Shown: positions 24,590 to 38,075 of the stretch, piece after piece
Layout: every line of letters starts with the position of its first letter
Position numbering within the stretch: the first letter of the stretch is position 1
DNA from: Octopus sinensis
Taxonomy: Eukaryota
Direction of reading: 5' to 3'
DNA: 64,000 nt
Assembly (NCBI RefSeq): GCF_006345805.1
Contig: NC_043000.1
Coordinates: 112,282,001-112,346,000 of the forward strand
Notes under the pieces: model-generated
Told to the model about the DNA's origin: nothing
Seen by the model: only the letters and a program-made list of their open reading frames with translations
Databases searched by the model: none
Translations under genes and position numbers: made by a program

Positions 24590-25425
24590 TCGGCACAAGG
24601 CCTGAAATTTTGGGGAGGGAGCCCATTGATTAGATCGACCCCAGTGTTTCACTGGTAGTTAATTTCTCAACTTCCGAAAGGATGAAAGGTAAAGTCGACC
24701 TCCATGAAATTTGAACTTGGAATGTAGCGGCAGGCGAAATACCTATTTCTTTACTACCCACAAGGGGCTAAACACAGCGGGGACAGACAAGCGGATTAAG
24801 TCGATTATATCGATCCCAGTATGCAACTGGTACTTAATTTATTGACCCCAAAAGAATGAAAAGCAAAGTCAACCTTGGGAGAATTTGAACTCAGAATGTA
24901 AAAACAGACAAAATACCTATTTCTTTACTACCCACAAGGGGCCAAACACAGGGAGGAGAAACAAGGACAGACAAACGGATTAAGTCAATTATATCGATCC
25001 CAGTGCGTAAATGGTACTTATTTAATTGACCCCAAAAGGATGAAAGGTAAAGTCAACCTCGGCGGAATTTGAACTGTGAATGTAGCAGCAGATGAAGTAC
25101 CGCAAAGCATTTTGCCTGGCATGCTAACGATTCTGCCAGCTCGCCGCAGACAAAATACCGCTAAGCATTTCATCTGGTGTGCTAACATTTCTTATTTCTT
25201 TACTACCCACAAGGGGCTAAACACAGTGGGGACAAACAAGGACAGACAAACAGATTAAGCCGATTACATCGACCCCAGTGCATAACTGGTACTTAATTTA
25301 TCGACCCTGAAAGGATGAAAGGCAAAGTCGACCTCAGCGGAATTTGAACTCAGAACGTAGCAGTAGACAAAATACCGCTAAGCATTTTACCCGGCGTGCT
25401 AACGTGTCTGCCAGCTAGCCACCTT
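24590..25425 (-). mobile_element. Head-to-tail array of four SINE-A units
   Basis: cctatttctttactacccacaagggg recurs at 24742 and 24916 (near-identical at ~25193). Confidence 0.85.
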
Positions 25426-25934
25426 AAGAGGGCCTAATATTGATAATGTCTGCTTGACACTACATTGGCAGCAGAAAGAGTGAGCAAAAGCTATAGGTGC
25501 ATGAGTGGCTGTGTGGTAAGAAGCTAGCTTCCTGACCCACATGGTTCTGGGTTCAGTCCCACTGCATGGCACCTTGAGCAATTCCAGCCTTAAAAATGAA
25601 GAAAAAAGACACCATCATCCACACACCTACACATGCATACATGCACATGTCAAGGTCACCAGCCCCCTTCCACATACACATACACGCTATCACATAAATA
25701 CGCATGTGCACCTTCGTCTTGGGATCAACACTACTTTATTACTTCCCCTAGCTCACCTGTGTGACCCCCTCTGTCCAGCATTCGCCATGCTGGAAAAATG
25801 AATCTGAAAAACATAAGATTGTTTTTAAATAGATTTATTCACAAACCAAACTAGTTTCAACAATTTTTTGCTCATCAATGGTTCCAATATATATTAAAAA
25901 AGTGGGGTTTTAGAAGAGTTTAAAATTCTTTCTA

Positions 25935-26140
25935 CTCTAGGCATCGGGCCCGAAATTTTTGGATAGGGGGCCAGTCATTCAGATCAACTCCAGTACACAG
26001 CTGGTACTTAATTTATCAACTCCGAAGGGATGAAAGGCAAAGTTGACTTTGGTGGAATTTGAACTCAGAATGTAAAGACATGAAATAACGCTAAGCTTTT
26101 CGCCCAGTGTGCTAACATTTCTGCCAGCTCACCGCCTTAG
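25935..26140 (-). mobile_element. SINE family A, tail variant 2, CpG-decayed
   Basis: ctggtacttaatttatcaactccgaaggg..gaatttgaactcagaatg..ctgccagctcaccgcc. Confidence 0.7.
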
Positions 26141-26689
26141 GAGAGCTTAAAATTACAAGATCAAAATTAGTCAAACATGTTTAAAACCATCAAATATTCA
26201 AATGTTTACTGAAATTTCAATGAGGTTCACAGAAATAAACAGTAATATCAAAGTAAATGTTTGGCAAAGATCATAACAAATGTACATCGTTAAAAGTTGA
26301 GTCATATTGAGTTTTTATAAAATACATGGAGAAGGGAGAGAAAAAGAAGAGAGAATGAAAACAGTTTCTTTTTACAATTCCTGTCATAGTGCGTGTAGTT
26401 GTTTTTTGTAATTTCAGTTTTAGTACACAGGTCTCTTCACCTTCCACCGATTGTTGGAATCAGAAAATGCTTTGTGTTCTGTCTTTTAGTGTGTGCGTAT
26501 AAATATATATATACATAATTCAAAAGAAAGTAAGAAAATGGAGTTATAGCATTTAATAAAAATTTATTATCTGTAAAAATCAAACATAGTCCCTTACAGC
26601 TGTTTCAATTAAGCTTAAATGATTAAACAGTAATTATTAAAATCTCTTCAGAGGGGTAGAAAAAAGATATACTGTTAGGTTTTATGTGT

Positions 26690-26905
26690 TGTCCCATAAT
26701 GAGGCTAATTTAACCTCTAACTGAATATTGGCGATTTTCTTCCTCTGTCTTCCCTACTCTTGGACTTTCCTCTGTTTCCAAAGAAGAGCGTCAGCTTGAA
26801 ACGCTAAACCATCTTTCTTTCCTTCCCTGAGCGTCTGCTAATACTTTACATGTACCACGTCCTCATGTTGTTGTTTTTTTGTGGTTGTTCTTTTTTTTGA
26901 TTTAT

Positions 26906-26938
<33 letters not shown>

Positions 26939-27060
26939 CACACACACCCATATATATATACATACCTACATATATATATATATTCTAATACTAATACATT
27001 TGTTTGTTTGTACTCGACCTGCCTTCGTCTTTTGTTTATTTTCGTAAACTTTCCCGTTAT
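26690..27060 (+). mobile_element. Penelope-like terminal fragment with degenerate hammerhead (26774-26809)
   Basis: gttt-ccaaaga-a-gagc-gtca-gctt-gaaacgct-aaac; homologous to 43811-44010 (minus). Confidence 0.5.
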
Positions 27061-27110
27061 ATATATATATATATATATAATATATATATACATACATACC
27101 TACCTACATA

Positions 27111-27179
<69 letters not shown>

Positions 27180-27569
27180 TTTTACATGGAGAAAAGAATA
27201 AGATGTTATCAAAATCATAACCAATCAAAACTTAGATCCTTTGGCCTGATGAGTAGCAAACGAATTACCCCTCATTTGGGGGCAATTATTACTTTTGATG
27301 TTCTGCTAGCTATGGAACATATGTAGGTAGGATTTTCTCTACTCCCTTCCCTGATATTGGATCCTTATTTACAAACACAGCAACCCTTGCTCCTAACCGT
27401 GAAGTATAAAATAACTTTTTTCAGCTTATCGAACTTTGATATGGGAGAAATTTACAACCTTCTATGTCAATAAACAACTATTGTTCCTGAAGGTTGTTTT
27501 TTATACCTTCTATGGACTGCTTGAAGCTTACTTACTTCCTACACTTTGATCCTTGGGTCTTACTTAAAT

Positions 27570-27620
<51 letters not shown>

Positions 27621-27870
27621 TGTGAGGAGTACTGAGCCTGACAGTTCATTTGAAAGAATAATAGAAAGAATTTAGATGTTTGTTTCAATCATAAATACTT
27701 ATTTGGGTTTGTGAGAAGCTTAAGGTACAGCAAGTCAATTGCTTCAAATTAAGATGGGATGGTCATGACTAGAATAACTTTCATTATAGATTTGTTCAAT
27801 CAAGGTTGCCCTAGGGCTAAACAACATCTATTCCTATGATTGGACAATAGGACAACAAATGAATAAACAC

Positions 27871-28141
27871 TGTTTCCATAGTAACAATGGCTCTACCAAT
27901 CAATAGTGTTTACTTCATGGTAACAGTAAGTCTACCATGAAGTAAACACTATTTCCTTGGTATCAATCACTTCATCTATAGAACCACACTGTCTCCATAG
28001 CAACGTTAGCTCTACCAGTAATTCTACCAGTAACATTATTCTATGTCTCCATAGCAACAAATGGTAGACAGGCCAACCTACGTTAACCATAGCAACTGCT
28101 CGGTTAGAACATATTGTATAGAAGACAGGCCATATGGAAAC
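27871..28141. promoter_or_regulatory. Cluster of RFX X-box motifs in a degenerate minisatellite
   Basis: GTTTCCATAGTAAC 27872-27885; GTCTCCATAGCAAC 27991-28004 and 28045-28058; near or half sites at 27911, 28082, 28128. Confidence 0.5.
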
Positions 28142-28430
28142 AAGTTGTTTATAGTAGATTGCCATCAACAGCACACTGGGTCTGGGGAAACGAGGGTGTG
28201 GCGATGGGGGGGAGGGAGGGTTCAGAGTCTGCAATACACAGATCCCTCCCCACCCTCCCATCTTACCTACAAGAAGTTGCGCACACACCAAGGTACAATG
28301 ATGTCAACGCCCACTTTGTACTATACTTATACACACACACACACATATGCATATAATACATGTGAATGTGCATGTGTGCATGCGTGCATATATGTATAGT
28401 GAAAAAATGTGTGTGTGTGTTATATATATA

Positions 28431-28484
<54 letters not shown>

Positions 28485-28884
28485 ATATATATATATATTA
28501 TATATATATATATATATAATATATATATATATATTATATATATATATATACACACATATATATGTACGCACACACATGCACGCACACGCACACACAGATG
28601 AACAGACTCACGCCAGACCCATCTTCCCAATAATTCCCAGATTTCTTTCTCACTGACTCTGTTTTTATATTTTAGACATCTGACATCTTTTTAGAAGCTT
28701 CCGGTCTTATATTCACAATTAGAAACTCTCATAGCTTCTCTCGTACACCCCACCCCACACACTGAATACTACATTTTTGTTTCATATTCATATATTACCT
28801 TATTTTTTTTCTTTGTATTTATTTTTCAAAAAGTGTGCATCCATTCTTATTTTATTGTAAACTATTGCTATATATATATGTATA

Positions 28885-29089
28885 TGTATACTCTTTTACT
28901 TGTTTCAGTCATTTGACTGCTGCCATGCTGGAGTACCACCTTGAGTCAAGGAAATCGACCCCAGGACTTATTCTTTGGAAGCCTAGTACTTATTCTATTG
29001 GTCTCATTAGCTATGTTACAGGTATGTAAATACACCAGCATCGGTTGTGAAGCGATGTTGGGGGAACAAACACAGACACACAAATATAT

Positions 29090-29121
<32 letters not shown>

Positions 29122-29265
29122 TCATATATATGACGGGCTTCTTTCAGTTTCCATCTATCAAATCCACTCACACGGCTTTGGTTGGCCCCAGGCTGTAGTA
29201 GAAGACACTTGTCCAAGGTGCCTCACAGTGGGTAAGCTACTTACCACACAGCCACTCCTGCACCT
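28885..29265 (-). mobile_element. SINE family C with internal (CA)/(TA) slot
   Basis: ctcttttacttgtttcagtcatttgactgc..cttaccacacagccactcctgcacc. Confidence 0.8.
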
Positions 29266-29279
29266 ATATATATCTATAT

Positions 29280-29348
<69 letters not shown>

Positions 29349-29490
29349 GCACACACACACATTTATATGTATGTATACATACATATACACGTACATACAT
29401 ACATACATACACACATACATACATACATGTATACATACATACACACATACATACATACATATATAAATATATATATATATATGTGTGTGT

Positions 29491-29818
29491 GTCGTTTAAC
29501 GTCCGTTCTCCATGCTAGCATGGGTTGGACGGTTCGACCGGGGTTCTGGGAAGCCAGAAGGCTGCACCAGGCTCCAGTCTAATCTGGCAATGTTTCTACA
29601 GCTGGATGCCCTTCCTAACGCCAACCACTCCGTGAGTGTAGTGGGTGCTTTTTACGTGCCACCTGCACAGGTGCCAGGCGGGGCTGGCAACGGCCACGGT
29701 CAGATTGGTGTATTTTATGTGCCACCGGCACGGAAGCCAGTCGAGGCGGTGCTGGCATCGGCCACGAGTCGGATAGTGCTTTTTACGTACCACCAGACCA
29801 GGGATCCTGGCTGGTTCA
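29491..29818 (-). mobile_element. RTE 3' UTR fragment
   Basis: Close match to 44900-45270 reversed. Confidence 0.85.
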
Positions 29819-29948
29819 ATATACACACACACACATTTATATGTATGTATACATACATATACACGTACATACATACATACACACATACATACTACATGCA
29901 TACATACATACACACATACACACATACATATATAAATATATATATATA

Positions 29949-29986
<38 letters not shown>

Positions 29987-30084
29987 GTTAGGTGTTTTAA
30001 GAATAGCACAAATGGGGCACAGATTATAACATCTGTATATGCTTAGTGATATATATATATCATCATCGTTGTTTAATGTCTGCT

Positions 30085-30115
<31 letters not shown>

Positions 30116-30139
30116 TATGTATGTATTTCTGTATGTCTG

Positions 30140-30480
30140 TAGAGAAGCAACTTTGAAATGGTTTTGTTTTTTTCTCTTGGCAGTGATTATCCAGTCTATT
30201 GCGATGTCTGCCTTTTTGTTTCTGTATTGTAGTTGGATGTATCCACGTTTGCTTTCCAGAAAGTTTGTGTCAGAATCCAAATGATCAAACGGTTTCTGAC
30301 TGATCACAACTTGATTTCCTTCTTCATCTTCTAACCACAGACATGGCACAAATTTTTTTGACATCTTCAAGTTTTCTTTGAAAATCATGCACCACTTTTA
30401 CACTTTTACCAATGCCTGCTTCATGGACAGCCAGAAAATCGATGCCCATTTAAAGCAACAATCTTCATAGGTTACACATT
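30140..30480 (-). mobile_element. Degenerate mariner transposase N-terminal fragment
   Basis: IFKENLKMSKKFVPCLW..VVISQK..DTNFLES, then after a frameshift YNTETKRQTSQ*..SLPREK (compare WVP and YDPETKRQSSQW motifs). Confidence 0.55.
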
Positions 30481-30507
30481 TCATTTTTGCAATGTAGTAG
30501 TAGTAGT

Positions 30508-30541
<34 letters not shown>

Positions 30542-30683
30542 CAGTAGCAGCAGCAGCAGCAGCAGCAACAGCCATTCAAGAATTTGGACCTGGAGATCTC
30601 CATTTCCAGCGACTTCGAGGGCCACCTCCCGCATTGATTGTTGTGAAGGATTCAGACTGGTTAAATGCATTTAAATAAAGAGT

Positions 30684-31070
30684 CGTAGGTGTGGCTGTGT
30701 GGTAAGTAGCTTGCTTACCAACCACATGGTTCTGGGTTCAGTCCCACTGCGTTGCACCTTTGGCAAGTGTCTTCTACTATAGCCTCGTGTCAACCAAAGC
30801 CTTGTGAGTGGATTTGGTAGACAGAAACTGAAAGAAGCCCGTCGTATATATGTGTATATATGTGTGTGTGTGTGTGTATGTTTGTGTCTGTGGTTGTCCC
30901 CACCACCACCATCACTTGACAACTGATGCGGTTCGGCAAAAGAGACCGATAGAATAAGTACTAGGCTTACAAAGAATAATTCCTAGGGGCGATTTGCTCG
31001 AATAAAGGTGGTGCTCCAGCATGGCCACAGTCAAATGACTGAAACAAGTAAAAGAGTAAAAGAGTAAACG
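30684..31070 (+). mobile_element. SINE family C, near full length
   Basis: gtaggtgtggctgtgtggtaagtagcttgcttaccaaccacatggttctgggttcagtccc..aaacaagtaaaagagtaaaagag. Confidence 0.85.
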
Positions 31071-32510
31071 TACACCCAAGTAAGCACATTAATGGGTTGG
31101 AAGGTATTTGTTGAGACAGACTTATGATAGCTGGATGCTTTTCCTGTTGCGAACACTCACCTGTTTCCAATTAAGTTAATATCTCCCTCTGACCAGACAT
31201 GTTTTATGTGGGAGATTGGAATTGGAGGATAGTGTTAACATGATTATGATATTGTGACAAGGAGACACTCATGCACACACACACACACATACACAATACA
31301 GGTTTCTCTCAGGGCTTTGGTTGACCCAGGGCTACAATAGAAGATGCTCACCTAAAGCGCCACATAATAGGACAGAACCTGTAACTATGAGGCTGGGAAG
31401 CAAACTTCTCCCCCACACAGCCATTCCTGTTCCATATAATTAATGAAACATTCTTGCATTCATCAACCCCCAAAATTCATTAGCAATGGCCACCTTCCTT
31501 ACTTATAGACATAGGATGCTACTGAAAACAAAAAAAAAATGGGGAAATAAAAATACCTGGTGTTCTACTTATGACAATGGAAAACACAAAAGTGTAACTG
31601 GTTTTTAATGGACTTTTCAGCAACCAATCAGATGTTGATGTAGTGGTGATAAATTGTATTTTGATGTGTTTGTTACTATTTCTGTTTATATCATATCACA
31701 TTGCTTCCTTGCTTCTCTTGTTTGAATGATGGGTAACTCAATATTAATGTTGAGAAGCTTCTCAAAATACCCCACACACCACCACTGCCACTACCACTAT
31801 TGCCGCCACCGCCGCCGCCGCCACCACCACCTCCACCACCACCACCACCACCAACACCACCACCACAACCACCACCACCACCACCACACAGCCACTGTCT
31901 GTGTTTGTCCCCACACCATCGATTGACAACTGATGTTGGTGTGTTTACGTCGCCCATAACTTAGCAGGTTGGCAAAAGAGACCAATAGAATAAGTACAAG
32001 GCTTAGAGAGAATAAGCCCTGGGGGATGATTTGTTTGACTAAAGGCAGTGCTCCAGCATGATCTCAGTCAAATGACTGAAACAAGTAAAAGAAAAGAAAA
32101 GAATATAAGAATTTATATATGTATATATATTTTCAATTTTTGGGCGATTGATCGATATGCCGGTATTCTATTTCAGATAATACAAAAATAACTGAATGAG
32201 TATATCTGACAGTAAACTCATGGTATCAGTTTGCACATCACAAAATAATACTTAAAGGATATAAGCAAATCCCCCTAAAAATATTTGGTTATATCCTTTA
32301 AGATATAACATAATCCCCACCAAAAAATTGAATATTGACTTTTATCAGATACTTTGTATATTTATAGATAAATATATAAATATTCAATAAATAAGACCCC
32401 AAAATACAATATGTAGATGCATATAACGCTGTAGGGTTACACCTGATAGATTTGGAAATTTGTTTTCCCAAATTATTTATATGTATGTATATATAAATAT
32501 ATGTGTGTTT

Positions 32511-33243
32511 ATAACTAATGTAGGATAAAAATTTTTTCGGGAAAAAAAATTTCATCAATTGCCAGCATTGTGAAAGTTTCTAGTTCAAATCACATCTGTC
32601 TCGAGACGTGCCGAAGATTTTCTATTTTGGATATATTTGGGGTACTTAGGTCTGCTCGGGACTTGGTGTTTGCTTTTTCCATGGGTATGAGTAAGTATTT
32701 CACTTATATCTCGCGTATTTGCTGCTGAAGAGGAGAAAATTCTTATGAATTAACTCCGAAATTGGTCCAATATGGTAATAACTAATTTTTTAGAAATTTC
32801 TATCGGTTTGTTTCAAGACGCATAAATTATAATGGTTAATTGACAATTTTTGTCTTTTTTTCAACATATTTGGCATTAGAATTTTTCTTTTTTTCATTTG
32901 CCCTTATATTGTAAATTATTTATAAATTTAACCTTTAAAGGTATTTTTTGATATGCTGGCCATTGATGAAATTTGTTTTCCTGAAAAAAATTTTATCCTA
33001 CATTAGTTATAAATTGATTAGTGTTCACTTCTGGATTCTATCACTCTGTGAAAGTTTCTAGTTCGAATCACACGTGTCTCGAGACGTGCCGAAGATTTTA
33101 TATTTTGGATATATTTGGGATACTTAGGTCTGCTCGGGACTTGGTGTTTGCTTTTTCCATGGGTATGAGTAAGTATTTCACTTATATCTGGCGTATTTGC
33201 CGCTGAAGAGGAGAAAATTCTCATGAATTAACTCCGAAATTGG
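32511..33243. repeat. Inversion-duplication: 60-bp inverted repeat plus ~190-bp direct repeat
   Basis: 32511-32570 vs 32953-33011 inverted; 32572-32765 vs 33048-33243 direct. Confidence 0.8.
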
Positions 33244-33431
33244 TCTGCTTTTCAGAGTTTCATGTTCCCATTCATTGGACTGTTTGATAAACCGGAAGGT
33301 AAAACTCTGAGTAACGGTTCCATGATTATTTTGCAGGTTTTAATGAAAAGTATATCACTCTATCTTTGATATTCGAGTACTATTTTTCCCACCTTGTTTT
33401 CCACTTACGTGCTCACCTGTGTGTGTATGCA

Positions 33432-33473
<42 letters not shown>

Positions 33474-33474
33474 T

Positions 33475-33545
<71 letters not shown>

Positions 33546-34086
33546 CACATATATGCTCATGGATATTCAGGGTATATATGCTTGGTGTCTTTTCCCAACC
33601 ACATGGTTTCAGTTCTCAGTCCTGCTACATGCCAGCCCCAGGTTAATGGAAGCCTCGAGTGGATTTGGTAAACAGAAAAACAGAAAAAGAGAAAATGGAA
33701 AAAAAAACCCATTTTGTGTGTGTGTGTGTGCACGCGCGCGTGTGTATTTGTGTGTGTATACATACATAGTGTGTATGTGTGTATGTTTGTGTGTGTATAC
33801 AAGGTGTGTATGTGTGTGTATGGTATTATCTCATTCCCTTTTCTTCAATATTATAATGAAAGGTAACACCATGAATAGCCACACCCACCTCACTCCCCCC
33901 CATCTCACACTGAATATCTGACTTAACCAGATCCTCACCCATCCATCCCCAAGTAAGGGACACAGGGTGGAAGGAAATATATAAAAAAAACATGGTTGGT
34001 GGGTGGGTAGGTGGGGTTGAAAATTTCAGTCCTATTTATTTCACCAGAACATCTGTAGTTCAGGGATCTGGGTGGCTGAAAACTGT

Positions 34087-34143
<57 letters not shown>

Positions 34144-34220
34144 GGAGAGAGAGAGACGGAGAGAGAGAGACACACACACACACATGCACGTGTGCAGATA
34201 GAGGTGATGGTGGTGGTGGT

Positions 34221-34258
<38 letters not shown>

Positions 34259-34682
34259 AGGAACGGAAGGTTCTGGTTTATAGTCACTTCTTTTACCTGT
34301 CAGATATGAATATATTTGGAGGGGGCAGCTTGGCAGGGGCAGTGTTTTCATATCCAGAGTTTTTATATTATAGGGGTTGGGGTGGGGTGGCCTTATTATT
34401 ACAGCCAAAAATATTGTCTGATACAGTGATGATGGTGGTGGTAACAATGGTTATGGTGGTAGTTGTCAGGATGATAATAGTGATGATGATGACAATGATG
34501 ACTCTACATCTATTTATCTATCAATCTGTCTGTCTGTCTATCTATCTATCTGTCTATCTATATATATATCTATCTATCTACTTATCTGTCTGTCTGTCTG
34601 CCTGTCTCTCTCTCTCTCTATCTCTCTATCTATCTATCTATTTATCAAATTGTCTGTCTTTCAATCTATCTCTCTTTCTCCA

Positions 34683-34726
<44 letters not shown>

Positions 34727-34730
34727 TCCA

Positions 34731-34761
<31 letters not shown>

Positions 34762-35639
34762 CTCTATCTACTTCACATTAGAATTACCTACACACACACA
34801 CACACATATACATACACATATTCACACACATACATATAGATATATATATATACGTACACACATGGACATACACACAGATACACATGCATATATATGAAAC
34901 ATACTTGCATGAATGCATACACATGAATGTATCCGAGTGAAAAAAAAATCAAAAATGAGCACTCAGTACATTTTGCAGAGCTTTTGTTTGTAGGTCAGCT
35001 GGTGATGAGTCACCCAGCCATTACTCAGCACATTACTTGTAGCCATAAAAGCACGTGCACAGTAGATCAGATGTCCAGTGGGGGACATCTGAGCTAACTG
35101 CTCATGTGTAGTGGTTATATACACTATATAAATATATATATATATAATATATATATATATATAGGCGCAGGAGTGACTGTGTGGTAAGTAGCTTGCTTAC
35201 CAACCACATGGTTCTGGGTTCAGTCCCACTGCATGGCACCTTGGGCAAGTGTGTTCTACTATAGCCTGGTGCCAACCAGTGGATTTGGTAGACGGAAACT
35301 GAAGGAAGCCTGTTGTATATATGTATGTGTATGTGTGTGTGTGTGTGTGTATGTGAGGGAGTATTATAGTATCAACCAGACCATCAGATGCTGTTATACA
35401 CCTCTGATCACAATGCACTTCTAGTTCTGTCTTGAATTCGGTGTTCTTTGCCATTTTGACCCAAATTGCTTAACTAAATCACTTTCCCATCGTCATGGAG
35501 GCCTTCAAAGTTGCCTTTTAGACACCACTCAGAAACTGCACAAGTCCACCTATTGTCTGTGGATCTTTGTGTGTGTGTGTGTACATATAGATATATATCC
35601 ACATACACACAAACACACACATAAATACAAATAAGAAAT

Positions 35640-35811
35640 GGAAACCAAAACTGCAGCCATGCTGGAGTACAACCTTTAGTCGAACAATTTGACCCCAGTA
35701 CTTATTCTATTGGTCTCTTTTTGCTGAACCGCTAAGTTATGGGGTCATAAACACACCAGCATTGGTTGTCAAGAGATGGTGGGGAGGACAAACACAGACA
35801 CACAAACATAT

Positions 35812-35886
<75 letters not shown>

Positions 35887-35987
35887 AATATCTATATATC
35901 TATATCTATATTTATCTACCTATCTATCTATCTATATATATATATAATATATATATATATATACATATACATACATACATATATATA

Positions 35988-36031
<44 letters not shown>

Positions 36032-36195
36032 TAATATATACATATACATACACACACATACGATGGGCTTCTTTCAAGGTTTTGGGTGGCCTCAGGCTAT
36101 AGTAGAAGACACTTGCCGAAGGTGCCATACAGTGGGACTGAACCCAGAACCATGTGGTTTGTAAGCAAGCTACTTACCACACAGCCACTCCTGCA
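35640..36195 (-). mobile_element. SINE family C with ~250-bp internal microsatellite
   Basis: 3' half 35640-35810, (CA)/(TA) 35810-36060, head 36060-36195. Confidence 0.8.
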
Positions 36196-36363
36196 CCTTC
36201 ATATGTATATATATATATATAATTTAAAAATAGGATGTAGTTAGCGTGAAAAACCTCATTAGAGAAAATATCCACCAATTTTTTCACTTAAATATATCTA
36301 TTTATATTATATAAAGGGCATTACTATACATAAATGCCACTGGCATTTATGTATATTAATGCC

Positions 36364-36421
<58 letters not shown>

Positions 36422-37347
36422 ACAGATATCATCATCATCATTTAACGTTTTTTTTCCATGCTAGCATGGGTTGGATGGTTCAAGCGGAGTCTGGGAAGCC
36501 AGGAGGCTGCACCAGGCTCCAATCGGATCTGGCAGTGTTTCTACAGCTGGATGCCCTTCCTAATGCCAACCACTCTGTGAGTGTAGTGGGTGCTTTTTAT
36601 GTATGCATATGTGTGTGTATGTATTCATATGTATGTTTGTGCATTTGTATATCTATGCGTATGTATGTATATATGTATATACGTATGTATATATGCATAA
36701 GTATGTATATATGTATGTATGTAACTAAGTACCTATCTATCTCTCTATATATATCTATATCTATGTATATTTATCAATCTCTCTCTCTACATTTACATTC
36801 TTGTATAATTATTTGTGTGTGCGTATATATATATATATATATATTTATTATATATATGTATATATGTTTATATATGTATGTATATATATGTTTATATACA
36901 TGTGTATATATGTATGTATACATCTATCTATATATATACATATATGTATGTATATTTATTTGTATATTTGTGTTTGTGTGTGCATGTGTGTGCATGCGTG
37001 CGTGCATGTGTATGTGTGTATATATGTGATGTTGATTACTTCATCCTGTCTGTTGAGAACCGTTCTGCTATTTATTGAAAAATCAGGTGATGAGGCAACT
37101 GTACGTGATTGGACTATGGTGACATACTCCTGTACGACACGATGACACAGCATCTACGCTGGTCTCCAAGTAAGAACAGGATGACCGGAGACTCTTTCAA
37201 TAGCAGGTGTTCTGGCGGAGGGACTTCTGCTCAGCTTTGGATCCCCCAAAAAGGGATAACGTCAAGTAAGTAGGGGTTTCGTTTTCGGAGTTTTCTTTCT
37301 TCTCTGTAGTTTTAACTGTGAATCTGATTCCAGATACAAATATATGG

Positions 37348-37378
<31 letters not shown>

Positions 37379-37632
37379 ATATAATATATATATATTATAT
37401 ATATATATATATATATGCATATATATATATACGTATAAATATACATATACATACATGTCCAACCCATGCTAGCATGGAAAACAGACGCTAAACGACGATG
37501 ATGATGATGATGATGATGATACATACATACATACACACACACATGCATATATAATGCATACATATATATTATATATATATGTGTATGTATATATATATAT
37601 ATATATAGATATATATATATATAATATATACA

Positions 37633-37667
<35 letters not shown>

Positions 37668-38044
37668 GTATGTATAAGCGGATGTTAAATGACGATGATA
37701 TATATATATATGTATGTAATATATATATATATAATATATATTATATATATATATATATACATACAGAGAGAGAGTGAGAGAGAGAGAGGCAGATAGATAG
37801 ATATATGCATGTACGTGTATGTATATTTATGTATGGTGCGTGTATGTATGCATATATATATATATATATATATGTGTATACATGTGTATTTGTGTGTGGT
37901 GTGTCTTTGGCACTCTCTCTCTCTCTCTTTGCACCCCCATCCGTATTCTATGATTCATCTTTTTCATCTTCTTTGTTATTCTCCTACATTTTGTCACTAC
38001 CTCTTTCTTTCCTTCTGTTGCACTCTCTCTGCCTCTTTCTTATT

Positions 38045-38075
<31 letters not shown>

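Noticed and set aside
24590-25425. CRISPR-like repeat array
   Set aside because: Units are ~170-230-bp SINE copies with no unique spacers; eukaryotic context, no cas genes
27246-27290. CTGATGA-gtagcaaac-GAAT plus downstream hairpin, as a hammerhead
   Set aside because: A15.1 absent and no stem I partner
35055-35105. Hairpin tcagatgtcc/ggacatctga
   Set aside because: Only a 10-bp core with an irregular extension; plausible by chance in 64 kb
37030-37310. Possible Penelope ORF fragment (minus, TYLTLSLFGG..)
   Set aside because: Resemblance too weak; no GIY-YIG motif follows
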